A DNA stretch of 64,000 nucleotides from an uncultured Verrucomicrobia subdivision 3 bacterium (GCA_903889895.1 CAISYZ010000089.1:5274-69273); one strand, 5' to 3'; counted from the stretch's first letter, positions 20,241 to 31,166 are shown. Notes: generated by a model not told the origin, from the letters alone. Numbers and translations are program-made.

Positions 20241-21444
20241 AAAACCGACTGTCACCACGCCGTCCGCCGATGCTTTGACGGCTGAAAAAGCCAATCCAAA
20301 AAGATTCGTTTGGCCCGCTGCCGTCGTGTTGGCGGTGCTGCTGTATTTCGGGATTTCATATCTCGCGGATGTGTTCACGCATGAATCCACGGACGACGCT
20401 TTCATTGCCGGGCACGTTGTTTCCATCGCGCCGAGAATTTCCGGGCAGGTCGCTGCCGTTCACGTTTTGGACAACCAGATGGTGCGCTCGAATGATTTGC
20501 TGGTGGAGATTGACCCGGCGGATTATGCGATGACCGTCGCGCAAAAAGAGGCGGCGGCGGACGCGCAATCGGCCAGCTACAAAACGATGTTCGCCGGCTG
20601 GCAGTTGATGCAGGCGAAAGTCACCACCGCCGAGGCTGATGTGCGCAAGGCGCAGGCTGACGCGGATGCCGCCGAATCGACGGCAACCAAAACGCAGGCC
20701 GATTTTGTGCGCGCGCAGGATTTGCTGAAACAGAAAACGGTTTCGCAGCAGGAATTCGACACCACGCAAGCCGCGAACACCAAGGCGCAGGCGGATTTGA
20801 AATCTGCGCAGGAAAACGTGGCTGAAGCCAGCTCGCGCGTCGAGGAGGCCAACCGCATGCTTGCCGCCGCGTGGGCGCAGGTCGGCACCGTGCTGGCGCA
20901 GTGGCAGGAGGCGCAAACGAACATTGCTGCCGCCAAGATCAATTTGGCTTACACGAAAATTTTCGCGCCAGCGGACGGACGTGTGACGCGCAAAGCTGTC
21001 GAAGCTGGTGACTACCTGCAAGCCGGCCAGCAAATTATGTCCATCGTGCCACCGGAAGTCTGGGTCGTGGCGAATTTCAAGGAATCACAACTGGCCAAAA
21101 TGACACCCGGCCAGCCGACGACGGTGGAAATTGATGCGCTCGGCGGCAAAGAATTCCGCGCCCATGTGGACAGTGTGCAGGCCGGCAGCGGCGCGGCGTT
21201 CAGTTTGCTGCCACCGGAAAATGCCAGCGGCAATTTCGTGAAAGTCGTCCAGCGCGTGCCGGTGAAAATAATTTTTGACGAGCCGCTGCCGGCGGAAAAA
21301 GTCATCGGTCCCGGCCTGTCCGTCACGCCCAATGTTCAAATCAGCAAATTCATTTTGCCCGCTTGGGTCGTGGCGCTCATCGCCATCGCCATCACAGGAA
21401 CCGTGGTATTTATTTTTCTGGCCGTCACGGGCCGGAAAAAATAA
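20233..21444 (+). CDS. HlyD/EmrA family secretion adaptor
   Basis: It has an N-terminal TM, a long coiled coil and 'YTKIFAPADGRVTRK'. The ATG at 20233 overlaps the RND stop by 8 nt. Confidence 0.8.
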   Translation: MSEKPTVTTPSADALTAEKANPKRFVWPAAVVLAVLLYFGISYLADVFTHESTDDAFIAGHVVSIAPRISGQVAAVHVLDNQMVRSNDLLVEIDPADYAMTVAQKEAAADAQSASYKTMFAGWQLMQAKVTTAEADVRKAQADADAAESTATKTQADFVRAQDLLKQKTVSQQEFDTTQAANTKAQADLKSAQENVAEASSRVEEANRMLAAAWAQVGTVLAQWQEAQTNIAAAKINLAYTKIFAPADGRVTRKAVEAGDYLQAGQQIMSIVPPEVWVVANFKESQLAKMTPGQPTTVEIDALGGKEFRAHVDSVQAGSGAAFSLLPPENASGNFVKVVQRVPVKIIFDEPLPAEKVIGPGLSVTPNVQISKFILPAWVVALIAIAITGTVVFIFLAVTGRKK

Positions 21445-21460
21445 CGCCGCCTGATTTTTC

Positions 21461-23026
21461 ATGCAGCCGCAACAGGAATGGCATCCGCGCCACAGCCCCT
21501 GGCTCATCGCCCTGGGCGTGATGCTGGCGACGTTCATGGAGGTGCTCGACACTTCCATCGCCAACATTGCGCTGCCTCATATCGCGGGTAGCCTCTCGGC
21601 CACGCCGGAGGAGGCGACGTGGGTGCTCACCAGCTATCTCGTGGCCAATGCTATCGTGTTGCCGACCACCGGCTGGCTGGCAAATCATTTCGGACGCAAA
21701 CGGGTTTTTCTCTCGTGTATCGTGCTGTTCACAGTGTCGTCGGCGTTGTGCGGGCTGGCGTGGAGTTTGCCGACGCTGATTTGCGCGCGCATTTTGCAGG
21801 GTCTTGGCGGCGGCGCGATGGTGCCCATCGCCCAGGCCATCATGCTGGAAAGTTTTCCGCGCCAGAAGCGCGGCGCGGCGATGGCCATCTTCGCGCAGGG
21901 CGTGGTGGTGGCGCCAATCCTTGGCCCGACGCTCGGCGGCTGGATTACGGACAGCTATTCGTGGCGCTGGATTTTTTACATCAATTTGCCCGTGGGGATT
22001 TTCGCTTGGATCATGGGCGAATGGCTGGTGGAAGATCCGCCTTACATCCAGCGAAATAAGGGCGCGACGATTGATTACATCGGCTTTAGCCTGCTGGCGG
22101 TGTGGCTGGCGACGCTGCAAATCCTTTTGGACAAAGGCCAGGAAGCCGACTGGTTTGGCGCGGAATGGGTGCGGTGGTCCACGGCGGTTTCCGTGGTGGC
22201 CTTCATTGGATTTGTCTGGTGGGAATTCACGACCGAGCATCCGCTGGTGGATTTGCGAATTTTTAAAAACCGCAATTTCGCCCTGGGCCTGATTTTGATG
22301 ACGACGCTCGGCGCGATTCTTTACGGCACCACGGCGCAAATTCCATTGTTCCTGCAGACGCTCATGGGCTATCCGGCGCTGCAAAGCGGTTACGCGCTTT
22401 CACCGCGCGGCATCGCGGCATTTTTTGCCACGGCTATCGTTGGGCGCATCGTCGGCAAGGTGCGCGGTCGCTGGCTCCTGTGCATCGGTTTCACTCTCCT
22501 CGCCGTTTCATCGTTTCAACTGAGCCTGGTCAACATGGAGGTGGCGCGGATTAATGTCATCTGGCCGAGCGTCGTCAACGGCATCGCCATCAGCTTTATT
22601 TTTGTGCCACTCACCGCCGCGACCATGAGCCAGTTGAACCAGCAGCAGCTCGGCAACGCCACTGGCCTTTACAACCTCACGCGCAATCTCGGTGGCAGCT
22701 TTGGCATCGCGTTCGTAACCACGGCGCTTGCGCGCGGGGCGCAAAGCCATCAGGCGCTCCTCGTCGGCCACCTGACCGGAACCGATCGTTCATTTGCGCA
22801 GCATTTTGCGGCGGCCAAAAATCTGCTCGCGCAGCACACCGACGCCACGACCGCGACGCATCAAGCCTACGCCGCCGTTTATGCGTTGCTCGACCAGCAG
22901 GCGCACTTGCTTGCGTATGTGGACAATTTCTTTTTATTCGGTGCCATGGCGGTGTGCGCCATGCCGCTGATTTTCCTGTTCAAAAAGGTAAATTACGCTC
23001 CCAAGCCGGCGGCCGCTGCGCATTAA
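21461..23026 (+). CDS. MFS drug:H+ antiporter, DHA2/EmrB family (14 TM)
   Basis: 521 aa, with 'LDTSIANIALPHI', 'GWLANHFGRKRVFL' and 'ILQGLGGGAM'. Confidence 0.85.
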   Translation: MQPQQEWHPRHSPWLIALGVMLATFMEVLDTSIANIALPHIAGSLSATPEEATWVLTSYLVANAIVLPTTGWLANHFGRKRVFLSCIVLFTVSSALCGLAWSLPTLICARILQGLGGGAMVPIAQAIMLESFPRQKRGAAMAIFAQGVVVAPILGPTLGGWITDSYSWRWIFYINLPVGIFAWIMGEWLVEDPPYIQRNKGATIDYIGFSLLAVWLATLQILLDKGQEADWFGAEWVRWSTAVSVVAFIGFVWWEFTTEHPLVDLRIFKNRNFALGLILMTTLGAILYGTTAQIPLFLQTLMGYPALQSGYALSPRGIAAFFATAIVGRIVGKVRGRWLLCIGFTLLAVSSFQLSLVNMEVARINVIWPSVVNGIAISFIFVPLTAATMSQLNQQQLGNATGLYNLTRNLGGSFGIAFVTTALARGAQSHQALLVGHLTGTDRSFAQHFAAAKNLLAQHTDATTATHQAYAAVYALLDQQAHLLAYVDNFFLFGAMAVCAMPLIFLFKKVNYAPKPAAAAH

Positions 23027-23080
23027 AATCGCCATCTATTTTGAAACATTTTCCGCCTTGAAGCGTCAAATGCTTCAAGT

Positions 23081-23419
23081 ATGAAAACTTCAACCATAAT
23101 TAGAAATCTGCTGTTTGCCGCCAGCCTGCCGCTGTTCGCGGGCTGCGTGGAACGGGAAGTCGTCTATCGTCCGGTTCCCGGTGCCGTGGTGACCGATGAA
23201 GCCCCCGCGCCGCCGCCGCCGCAAACCGAAGTCATCACTGTCGCCCCCGGGCCGCTGAATGTATGGTTCTGGGCACCCGGTTGCTGGGAATGGCGCGGGC
23301 ATTGGGTCTGGACCGGTGGCCGCTGGATGGCTCGACCGCATGCTGGCGCCGTCTGGATTGCGCCGCATTGGGGCTGGCGCGGCCATCACCGCCTGTGGGT
23401 CGGCGGCGGCTGGCGCTGA
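23081..23419 (+). CDS. Small Trp/Gly/His-rich repeat lipoprotein
   Basis: It has a signal peptide with the lipobox 'LFAGC'. There are two tandem repeats, 'VWFWAPGCWEWRGHWVWTGGRW' and 'VWIAPHWGWRGHHRLWVGGGW'. Confidence 0.5.
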   Translation: MKTSTIIRNLLFAASLPLFAGCVEREVVYRPVPGAVVTDEAPAPPPPQTEVITVAPGPLNVWFWAPGCWEWRGHWVWTGGRWMARPHAGAVWIAPHWGWRGHHRLWVGGGWR

Positions 23420-24901
23420 TCAGGCGCTGACTTGGGCGAGCGCGCGCGCGGTGATTTCGCGGGCGCGGGCGTCGCTCGTCGCCTCGGCATAACAGCGGAA
23501 CTCCGGCGCATTGCCGGACGGACGCAGATGGATCACTTCCTCGTTGGCGAACGTGATGCGCAAACCGTCGGTGCGGTTTAAGCCGGTGACAGTGCCGCAA
23601 ATCGCGCCGAACATTTTTTCAATCGCCGTTTTGTCGGCGGCTTCGGAGCCGGAATTGAACTTCGCCAAGATTGCCGCACTTTTTTCCGTGGCGAAATTCT
23701 TCAACCGGTCGCTCGCCGTGAACCGCGCCGGCAAGCCGGCAGCAAGCTGCGATACGGTTTTCTTCTTTGCCTTCGCCAGCAACAAAATGCCGAGCATCAC
23801 AATCACCGCGTCCCGCGTGGGCAACGCGCGAAGTTTTTTGCCGCCGGTTTCGATGTCCGAGTTCAGCAGGAAGCCGCCGTTGGCCTCGTAGCCGACCACG
23901 CATTTCGCGCCAGCGGTGGACGCCTGAATCATCGAGGTGATGACAAACGGCGAGCCGATGCGCGTGCGGCGGATTTCCTTGAACCAGCCGCATTTTTCCA
24001 CAGCGGTGTTGCAGCTCACCGGCGTGCTGATGGAATCGGCCTCCAGAAATTTCGCACACAAAATCCCGGCCACGTCGCCGCGCAGCCAGTTGCCGCGTTC
24101 GTCGCTGACCAGCGGACGGTCGCTGTCGCCGTCGGCGGAAACGAGCGCATCGAATTTCCCCGTCGCCGCCCAGTCGTGAGCGAGTTTTACATCTTCCGGT
24201 CGGATGGCCTCAGTGTCCACCGGAATGAATTTGTCCGAGCGTCCTAGCGGCATCACTTCCGCGCCGAGATGCGAAAGGACTTTTACCAACACATCGCGTC
24301 CAACGGCAGAATGCTGATAAACACCGATGCGCAAACCTTTCAGCGCGTCGTGAATGAAAAAATTCAAATAGCGCATCACATAATTTTCGCCGGCGACCGG
24401 CGAGATATCGGGCGCGGGTTTCGGCTGCGCAAAATTGCCGTTGGCATTGAACAGTGCATCGTCCAGCTCGACGATCTGGCCGCTCATGCCTTTTTCGTCG
24501 TCCTTCAAAACTTCGCCGGTGGCCTTGTTGAACTTGATGCCGTTGCGGTCGTCGGGAATGTGGCTGCCGGTGACCATGATCGCCGGAATTTTATTTTCGA
24601 GGCCAAACAGCGCGACGGCGGGCGACGGCACCTTGCCGCAGTTAACCGCGCGATAGCCCATATCATCCGCCGCGCGGCAGACGGCGGCCATTACACGGTC
24701 GGTGCTGGGCCGGAAATCACCGCCGACCGCCACGCGCTCGCCGGCGCGCTTGAGTTCACCGATAGTTTCGAGGTATTGCAAAAAACCTTTCGTATAGGCG
24801 TAGCATACCTGATCGGTCATTGCCGTCGCCAATCCGCGTGCGCCGCTGGTGCCGAAGGCCACGCCGCTACGGACCATGAGTTCGCTGATGGAGATTTTCA
24901 T
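23420..24901 (-). CDS. Phosphomannomutase / phosphoglucomutase (alpha-D-phosphohexomutase family)
   Basis: 493 aa. The active-site loop is 'TGSHIPDDRNGIKF', the metal loop is 'SADGDSDR', and there is a 'GYEANGG' sugar loop. Confidence 0.85.
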   Translation of the reverse strand: MKISISELMVRSGVAFGTSGARGLATAMTDQVCYAYTKGFLQYLETIGELKRAGERVAVGGDFRPSTDRVMAAVCRAADDMGYRAVNCGKVPSPAVALFGLENKIPAIMVTGSHIPDDRNGIKFNKATGEVLKDDEKGMSGQIVELDDALFNANGNFAQPKPAPDISPVAGENYVMRYLNFFIHDALKGLRIGVYQHSAVGRDVLVKVLSHLGAEVMPLGRSDKFIPVDTEAIRPEDVKLAHDWAATGKFDALVSADGDSDRPLVSDERGNWLRGDVAGILCAKFLEADSISTPVSCNTAVEKCGWFKEIRRTRIGSPFVITSMIQASTAGAKCVVGYEANGGFLLNSDIETGGKKLRALPTRDAVIVMLGILLLAKAKKKTVSQLAAGLPARFTASDRLKNFATEKSAAILAKFNSGSEAADKTAIEKMFGAICGTVTGLNRTDGLRITFANEEVIHLRPSGNAPEFRCYAEATSDARAREITARALAQVSA

Positions 24902-24916
24902 TTTAAGAATTCAAGT

Positions 24917-26770
24917 TTATTTAACCGCTTCACCCTTCGCCTTTTTGGCGTAAAAGTTTTTTAGCACATCATAGGCTATTTTCTTTTCACCATCGTGGCC
25001 GATAAGTCCTTTGATATTCCAGCCGTCTTCGATGTCGGGCAGCGGTCGGCGCGGCGAACGGAAGTCGAACAGTATCCACGGGGTGCAGCCGCTGAAACCG
25101 GGAATCTGCTCAAGCATCGGCAGCGTGCGGCGGTAAAGTTCGGCCTGATATTCCTCGGTAAATCGCGTCATCATGTCGCCGTGCAGGCCTTGCTTGGCGT
25201 CTGCGCCGAATTCGCTGATGATGACCGGCTTGTTGTATTTGATGCTCCAGGTGGTGTGATCAATTTTCTCCAGCGTGCCGTCATACCAGCCAGTGTATTG
25301 ATTGAAGCTGCACAGGTCGGTGTATTCGCCAAACGGGTCGTCCACGATTTTGTGGCTCTCCGGCTTTTCGCCGGGATGATTTTCCATCGTGCCGGAATGG
25401 ACTTCCATCGCCGCTGAAACCAGCCGTGTGCCATCGAGTTCGCGCGCCTCGTCCACGAGCGCCTTCAAAAATTTCGTGCGTGGCTTGCTGACTGGCGTCT
25501 CGTTGGCCACGGACCAGACGATGACGCTGGCGCGGTTCTGGTCGCGGGAAATTAAATCGGCCAGTTGCTTCTTCGCGTTGGCGAGCGTGGCGGCGTTCGT
25601 CCACTGAATTGTCCAATAAACCGGCGTTTCTTCCCAGCATAAGATGCCCAATTCGTCCGCGACGCGCGCCATGTGCTCGTTGTGTGGATAATGCGCGAGG
25701 CGGACGAAGTTGCAGCCGAGTTCCTTCGCCTGACCGAGCAGCTTTCGCGCGTCCGCCTCCGACCACGCGCGCCGGCCTTCGGTCGCCATTTCCTCGTGAA
25801 TGCAGACGCCACGCAGAAACACTTTTTTGCTATTCAACAAGATGTCCTCGCCGCTCGTGGTTATGGACCGGAAACCGACGCGGTCTTTCAATTCATCCGC
25901 GCCGCTGGAAATCTCCACATCGTTCAAGACCGGATTTTCCGGCGACCACAACGCAAGGTTCGGCGCGGCCAGTTCAAAGCGGGCGATGCCATCTTTGTCA
26001 CCGGTCATTTCGGCGGCGATTTTCAGCGATGGAAAATCAATTTTTACCTTTTGTGTTTTGTTCGCGCCATCGAGCTGAACCGTTGCTTCAATCGTGTTCG
26101 TCGTGCCAGCCTTGAGGCGCGTGCGGAAATTGGAAACGAATGTCGCCGGCGTCTCAACCAGCAGCACGTCGCGCGTAAGGCCGCCGTAATTCCACCAATC
26201 CGTATTCACCGTCGGCACGTCCTCGGCATGGCGGCTGTTGTTCACGCGCACGACGAGCGAATTGTCTTTCGCCCTGGCCAGCTTGGTGATTTCGTAGGCG
26301 AACGGCGTGAAACCGCCGATGTGTTTTCCAAGTTTGTGGCCGTTGAGATAAACATCTGCCTCGTAATTTGCCGCGCCAAAATAAACAAACAGCCGGTGGT
26401 CGGGAGCGGATTTCAGCGCGTCAAATTTGCGACGATACCAGACCGAGCCTTCGTAATAGAACAGTTTGTCGTCCTGCGAATTCCAGTCGCCCGGCACATT
26501 CAGCGTGGGGCTGGTGTCGAAGTTGTATTCAATCAACTCGCTGCCTTTCGCTTGTTTGTCGAGTGCGTAACCGCCGGTGATTTTTTCGTCGGCATCATAC
26601 GGCTGGCGGCGGTAGTCAAAATAGCCTGTGTCATACGGGTCCACGATGACATTCCATTTGCCGTTCAGGCTTGTCGGCTGCCGCGCAAACACGTCGGCGA
26701 TGACGGTCTCAGATCGGACGCCCGCCACGGCGAGCAGCGAGCCGATGCAGATTAAAATCAGGTTTTTCAT
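24917..26770 (-). CDS. Secreted glycoside hydrolase family 2 (beta-glucuronidase/beta-galactosidase-like)
   Basis: 617 aa with a signal peptide. 'VWYRR', '[13 protein letters not shown]', '[10 protein letters not shown]' and 'ISEFG' are catalytic-region motifs of GH2. Confidence 0.8.
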   Translation of the reverse strand: MKNLILICIGSLLAVAGVRSETVIADVFARQPTSLNGKWNVIVDPYDTGYFDYRRQPYDADEKITGGYALDKQAKGSELIEYNFDTSPTLNVPGDWNSQDDKLFYYEGSVWYRRKFDALKSAPDHRLFVYFGAANYEADVYLNGHKLGKHIGGFTPFAYEITKLARAKDNSLVVRVNNSRHAEDVPTVNTDWWNYGGLTRDVLLVETPATFVSNFRTRLKAGTTNTIEATVQLDGANKTQKVKIDFPSLKIAAEMTGDKDGIARFELAAPNLALWSPENPVLNDVEISSGADELKDRVGFRSITTSGEDILLNSKKVFLRGVCIHEEMATEGRRAWSEADARKLLGQAKELGCNFVRLAHYPHNEHMARVADELGILCWEETPVYWTIQWTNAATLANAKKQLADLISRDQNRASVIVWSVANETPVSKPRTKFLKALVDEARELDGTRLVSAAMEVHSGTMENHPGEKPESHKIVDDPFGEYTDLCSFNQYTGWYDGTLEKIDHTTWSIKYNKPVIISEFGADAKQGLHGDMMTRFTEEYQAELYRRTLPMLEQIPGFSGCTPWILFDFRSPRRPLPDIEDGWNIKGLIGHDGEKKIAYDVLKNFYAKKAKGEAVK

Positions 26771-26900
26771 GGGCGGCAGATTGAACGCACACAGGCTAAC
26801 GGAACTCCAATCGCTAAGAAATCAATTTTGCGCCGCCGGCTGCCATTTGACGAAATGCCCGCTATGTGAGATTGGTTGCGGGCGGCAAAAATTGAAAAGC

Positions 26901-27443
26901 ATGAAACCAACCTTGATGTTCCTGACGCTGGCTGCCGTCGTCCTTGCCGCCGGCTGCAATGCCGCGCCGACCAACAGCCCGGCGGCGATGAACAGTTCCA
27001 CCAACTCCACCATGAAATTCCCGTTTCAACTTACCGAGGCCGAATGGCGCCAACGCCTGACGCCCGAACAATATGCAATCCTGCGCCAGGCGAATACCGA
27101 GCGCGCCTTCACCGGCAAATATTGGAACACCAAGGAGCTGGGCATTTATCGCTGCGCGGCGTGCGGCGAAATTTTGTTCAAGTCCGACGACAAGTTTGAT
27201 TCCGGCTGCGGCTGGCCGAGCTTTTCGGAGATTGCCGCGCAGGGCAAGGTCATCGAGCGCGATGATTTCAGCTACGGGATGCACCGCAAGGAAGTGGTGT
27301 GCGCCAACTGCGGCAGCCACCTTGGTCATGTTTTTGACGATGGGCCCGGGCCGAAGGGTTTGCGTTATTGCATCAACTCCGCCTCGATTGATTTTGGAAC
27401 GGACACCAATGCGCCAAATTGGAGTGCGCCGGATAAAAAATAA
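26901..27443 (+). CDS. msrB: Exported peptide-methionine (R)-S-oxide reductase
   Basis: The start is the ATG at 26901, with a signal/lipobox 'VLAAGC'. 'GIYRCAACG', '[16 protein letters not shown]' and 'RYCINSASI' are present. Confidence 0.85.
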   Translation: MKPTLMFLTLAAVVLAAGCNAAPTNSPAAMNSSTNSTMKFPFQLTEAEWRQRLTPEQYAILRQANTERAFTGKYWNTKELGIYRCAACGEILFKSDDKFDSGCGWPSFSEIAAQGKVIERDDFSYGMHRKEVVCANCGSHLGHVFDDGPGPKGLRYCINSASIDFGTDTNAPNWSAPDKK

Positions 27444-27457
27444 TTTGTGGGCTGAGA

Positions 27458-28921
27458 TTATTTGGGCGTGAGCCTGACGACCGCCGCGCTCGCAGCGGGC
27501 AATTCGACGGAAATTGCCAAGACTGGCATATTCATGGGCTCGGAAAGCTGCTCCCATTTGCCGTTCCAATGCGCGTCGTTGGATATCTCCGCCCCACCAA
27601 GTGTCACGCCGGTTTTGGCGGCGATATCGTCGTGCGCCGCCGTCAGCCGGATGATTTCGCTCTTGGTATATCCAGATATTTCCTCTGCGCTAATTTGCAC
27701 GGATACGTTGGTGGCGGTCGCGTCGTGTGACCGGTTGATGAGCGTGACGTAAAAATTCTGGTCGTCACCGAGCACGGCGTAGGCGGCGAAGTTCAGGTTG
27801 GTATCCGCTGTGGAGATAGTTACCGGCAGGACTTTCCCCCGGCTGCCGAGCGAAAACATTTTTTCCGCGTAGCCGATGGGATGCACGTCGTAGCCGTCCG
27901 CTGTTGTCCAGAAAGTTGCGTAACGGCAAGGCTTATTCTCGTCGCGCGCGGCCACCTTGTCGCCGGTGTGAAAATTGATTCCGCTGACGCCGTGGGCCGC
28001 CCACCACCACTGGAAGTTCAGCGCCCACAACGCGGAGGCAAATGTGTCGCTGGCGTCCGGCGCCCCGCCGTCATAAAAACTATTCGCCTCCTCGAAGCGG
28101 AAGGCAAGTCCATTGGTAGCCACCGCTGGAACAAAATTTGCCGCGAATTTTTCATAATGCCCGTCCATCGCTGGTGACAGCAGCCGGTCGCGCGCGGCGG
28201 CGGCGTTGGTGGCGCGTCGCGCATCGCCGCCGGGGTAATCATGTTGCGAGATGAATTTTATTCTGCCCGTGCCGGCCAGATCATCGGCAAACCGCGCGGA
28301 CCACTTTTCATGGCCGGGTGAAACTCCCGGCCCGCAAAACCGGGCGGTGGGCAGGTTGGTCGGCGCGGTGATGCGGGCGGCGAACCGTTTCCATTCGGCG
28401 AGATACGTTTCGTAATTTGTCGAAAACACATTCGGCTCGTTGCCGATGGCCAAAGCGTCGAGCTGGTTTGAATAATTCCGCGAAATGTAATTGGCCATGC
28501 TCACAGCGGCCTCGGCGTCGCCGTGGTTAAGGCGCAAGGTGAAGATGATTTTCACGCCGGCATCCTTGGCGAAGGCAAAGAGCGCATCCACATCGGCGGT
28601 GGTCGGCGTCGGAAGCGTCGGCCGGTCGGCCGTATTGCCGCCCACGCGGAGATTTTTTATCCCGAGCGTCTTAAAGGTGGCGATGAGCCTGGTGTTTTCC
28701 GCGCTGAAGTAATGCCAGCCATTCGTATCCGCCAGCACGCGCTGCATCTCAAAGCTCAAGCCGGGAAAGTCCGCCGGAATCTCCGCGCCAGGATGCGCCG
28801 GGTCAAAGGTCACGACCACCGGCACCTGTGCCGGACAATGAAGTGCGCAAAGGCTGAAGATACCCAACGAGGCAATCAGCTTCCGGATGGATATTACTAT
28901 TTTCGCAGCTGGCATGTTCAA
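27458..28921 (-). CDS. Secreted clan GH-A glycoside hydrolase, GH79-like
   Basis: 487 aa with a signal peptide. 'NLRVGGNTADR', 'AIGNEPNVF' and a C-terminal beta-sandwich-like region are present. The family assignment is tentative. Confidence 0.5.
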   Translation of the reverse strand: MNMPAAKIVISIRKLIASLGIFSLCALHCPAQVPVVVTFDPAHPGAEIPADFPGLSFEMQRVLADTNGWHYFSAENTRLIATFKTLGIKNLRVGGNTADRPTLPTPTTADVDALFAFAKDAGVKIIFTLRLNHGDAEAAVSMANYISRNYSNQLDALAIGNEPNVFSTNYETYLAEWKRFAARITAPTNLPTARFCGPGVSPGHEKWSARFADDLAGTGRIKFISQHDYPGGDARRATNAAAARDRLLSPAMDGHYEKFAANFVPAVATNGLAFRFEEANSFYDGGAPDASDTFASALWALNFQWWWAAHGVSGINFHTGDKVAARDENKPCRYATFWTTADGYDVHPIGYAEKMFSLGSRGKVLPVTISTADTNLNFAAYAVLGDDQNFYVTLINRSHDATATNVSVQISAEEISGYTKSEIIRLTAAHDDIAAKTGVTLGGAEISNDAHWNGKWEQLSEPMNMPVLAISVELPAASAAVVRLTPK

Positions 28922-28952
28922 TTCGGGTGGTCAGGACGCTGACCACTTTTTC

Positions 28953-31166
28953 TTAATGGATCGTTTTACCGCGCGTGCAGGAGGATTGCGCGCCGTCAAC
29001 CAGCCGCGCATTCGCCGCCGCGCGGAAAATTCGCAGCAGGCCGTAATCGTATTTCTCGCCCAGCAGTTCGCGCGCGCCGACGATGTTGCCCCAGCCCGTG
29101 CGCTTGAACGCCGCAGCGATTTCCGCCTGGGCTTCCGCGCTGATGAGCTGTGCTAGATCAATTGGTTCGCCCGCCTCGATTGCGGTGCCGAGATGGCCGT
29201 AAATCGTGCCGACCGTCAGCCCGCGGGCTTCGGCTATTTCCGCCGGTGAATCGCCGGCGCGAAAACGGCGCAGCGTTTCGCGGGCGGTGTCGCCGAGGCT
29301 GGAACGCTGCGCCACGGGCACAACGAAGGAATCATCGGCAAACATCTGGCGCGGGTTTGTCGCCAGATGCGCGGCAATCTCGCCGAGAAATACTTCGCCA
29401 AACTCGCGTAGTTTCTTTTCGCCGACGCCGCTGATGCGGGCGAGGTCGCTTTCGCCGGCCGGATAATTCCGCGCCATCTGCCGCAGTGAAACGTCGGAGA
29501 AAATGATGTAGGCCGGCACGTCGCGTTCGTCGGCCAGCCGCTTGCGCAGTTCGCGCAGCCGCTCGAACAGCACCTCGTCGCAAGCGATTTCGCCGATGTG
29601 ATGTTTTTTAGTCTCCGGCGCGGTGACGGGCTTGGTGAGCGTGACCTTGGCGCGCGACTTGAGAATCGCCGCGCCGGCATTGGTCAATTCTAGCGTGCTG
29701 AATTTCTCCGTGGTCTGCCGGAGAAAACCGAGGCGCACCAATTCGCGGCCGATGGCCGCCCATTCCGGCCGGCTGTGTTCTTTGCCGATGCCAAAGGTGG
29801 AAAGCTGCGCGTGATCCCATTTGCGAATTTTATCCGTGTCCGCGCCGGTGAGGACTTCCACGACGTGATTCAGCCCGACACCAAAACCGTTCTTCTCGCG
29901 GATGCGGAAAACGCAGGACAGAAATTTCTGCGCTGCGAGCGTGCCGTCGAACGTCGCGCGCGGCGAAAGACAATTATCGCATGCACCGCAGTCATCGGCG
30001 GAAAATTCCTCGCCGAAATACGCCAGCAATTCTGTGCGCCTGCATGCTGCGCACTCGGCGTAGTGAACCATCTGTTGCAACTGTTCGCGCGCGATCTGCC
30101 GCTCCTGCGGATTCGGTTTTTCGTCAATGAACGTCGTCTGTTTCACCGCGTCGCCGGCGCTGAAAAGCAAAACACATTCGCCGGGCAAGCCGTCGCGGCC
30201 CGCGCGACCGGTTTCCTGATAATAGCCCTCGATATTTTTCGGCAGGTCGTAGTGGACGACGAAGCGCACGTTCGGCTTGTTGATGCCCATGCCGAAGGCG
30301 ATGGTCGCGCAGACCACGCGGATGTTATCGCGCAAAAAAAGTTCCTGATGCTCGCTGCGCTCCTTCGGCGTCAGCCCGGCGTGATATGGTTTGGCCTTGA
30401 TGCCGTTTTCGCTCAGCCGCTCCGCGACGCTTTCCGCGCCTTTGCGCGAGAGGCAATAGACGATGCCACTTTCCTTGGGCCGCGAGCGGAGAAATTCAAA
30501 CAGCTGGTCAAACGGCTTATTCTTGGCGATGACGCGGTAGGTGAGGTTGGGCCGGTTGAAGCTGGCGACATAGCATTTCGGCTCGCGCAATTTCAGGTGC
30601 GTGACTATGTCCTCGCGCACGCGGCCGGTGGCGGTGGCGGTGAGCGCCATGAACGGCACTTGGGGAAAAAGTTTTCGCAGTTCGGAAATTTGCCGGTATT
30701 CCGGGCGGAAATCGTGGCCCCATTCGCTGATGCAATGCGCCTCGTCAATGGCGATGAGCTGGACGTTCCACTTTTGCAAATCGCTGAGAAAACCGGACAA
30801 CATCAGCCGCTCCGGCGCGACGTAGAGCAGGCGGTATTCGCTGTTGTGCAGGCCGCGCAGGCGCTTCCGTGATTCCTCGGCGGCGAGCGAGGAGTTCAAA
30901 AATGTTGCCGCGATGCCGCTGGCTTGCAGCGCGTCCACCTGATCTTTCATCAATGCTATCAAGGGTGAAACGACGACGGTGAGGCCGTCGCGCGCGAGCG
31001 CGGGAAGCTGGAAGCAAAGTGATTTGCCGCCGCCGGTCGGCAGCAGTGCGAAGACATCCTTGCCGGCGAGCGAGTCGCGGATGATTTCCTCCTGCAACGG
31101 GCGGAACGAGGTGAAGCCGAAGTATTGCTTCAGCAACGGGAGCAGGTTGGGCGAAACGGATTTCAA
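28953..31166 (-). CDS. recQ: ATP-dependent DNA helicase RecQ (with an extended C-terminal HTH-like tail)
   Basis: 737 aa. 'LPTGGGKSLCFQLPA', 'DEAHCISEWGHDFRPEY' and the zinc motif 'CRR..LL.YFGE....CG.CDNC' are present, together with an HRDC region. Confidence 0.9.
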   Translation of the reverse strand: MKSVSPNLLPLLKQYFGFTSFRPLQEEIIRDSLAGKDVFALLPTGGGKSLCFQLPALARDGLTVVVSPLIALMKDQVDALQASGIAATFLNSSLAAEESRKRLRGLHNSEYRLLYVAPERLMLSGFLSDLQKWNVQLIAIDEAHCISEWGHDFRPEYRQISELRKLFPQVPFMALTATATGRVREDIVTHLKLREPKCYVASFNRPNLTYRVIAKNKPFDQLFEFLRSRPKESGIVYCLSRKGAESVAERLSENGIKAKPYHAGLTPKERSEHQELFLRDNIRVVCATIAFGMGINKPNVRFVVHYDLPKNIEGYYQETGRAGRDGLPGECVLLFSAGDAVKQTTFIDEKPNPQERQIAREQLQQMVHYAECAACRRTELLAYFGEEFSADDCGACDNCLSPRATFDGTLAAQKFLSCVFRIREKNGFGVGLNHVVEVLTGADTDKIRKWDHAQLSTFGIGKEHSRPEWAAIGRELVRLGFLRQTTEKFSTLELTNAGAAILKSRAKVTLTKPVTAPETKKHHIGEIACDEVLFERLRELRKRLADERDVPAYIIFSDVSLRQMARNYPAGESDLARISGVGEKKLREFGEVFLGEIAAHLATNPRQMFADDSFVVPVAQRSSLGDTARETLRRFRAGDSPAEIAEARGLTVGTIYGHLGTAIEAGEPIDLAQLISAEAQAEIAAAFKRTGWGNIVGARELLGEKYDYGLLRIFRAAANARLVDGAQSSCTRGKTIH

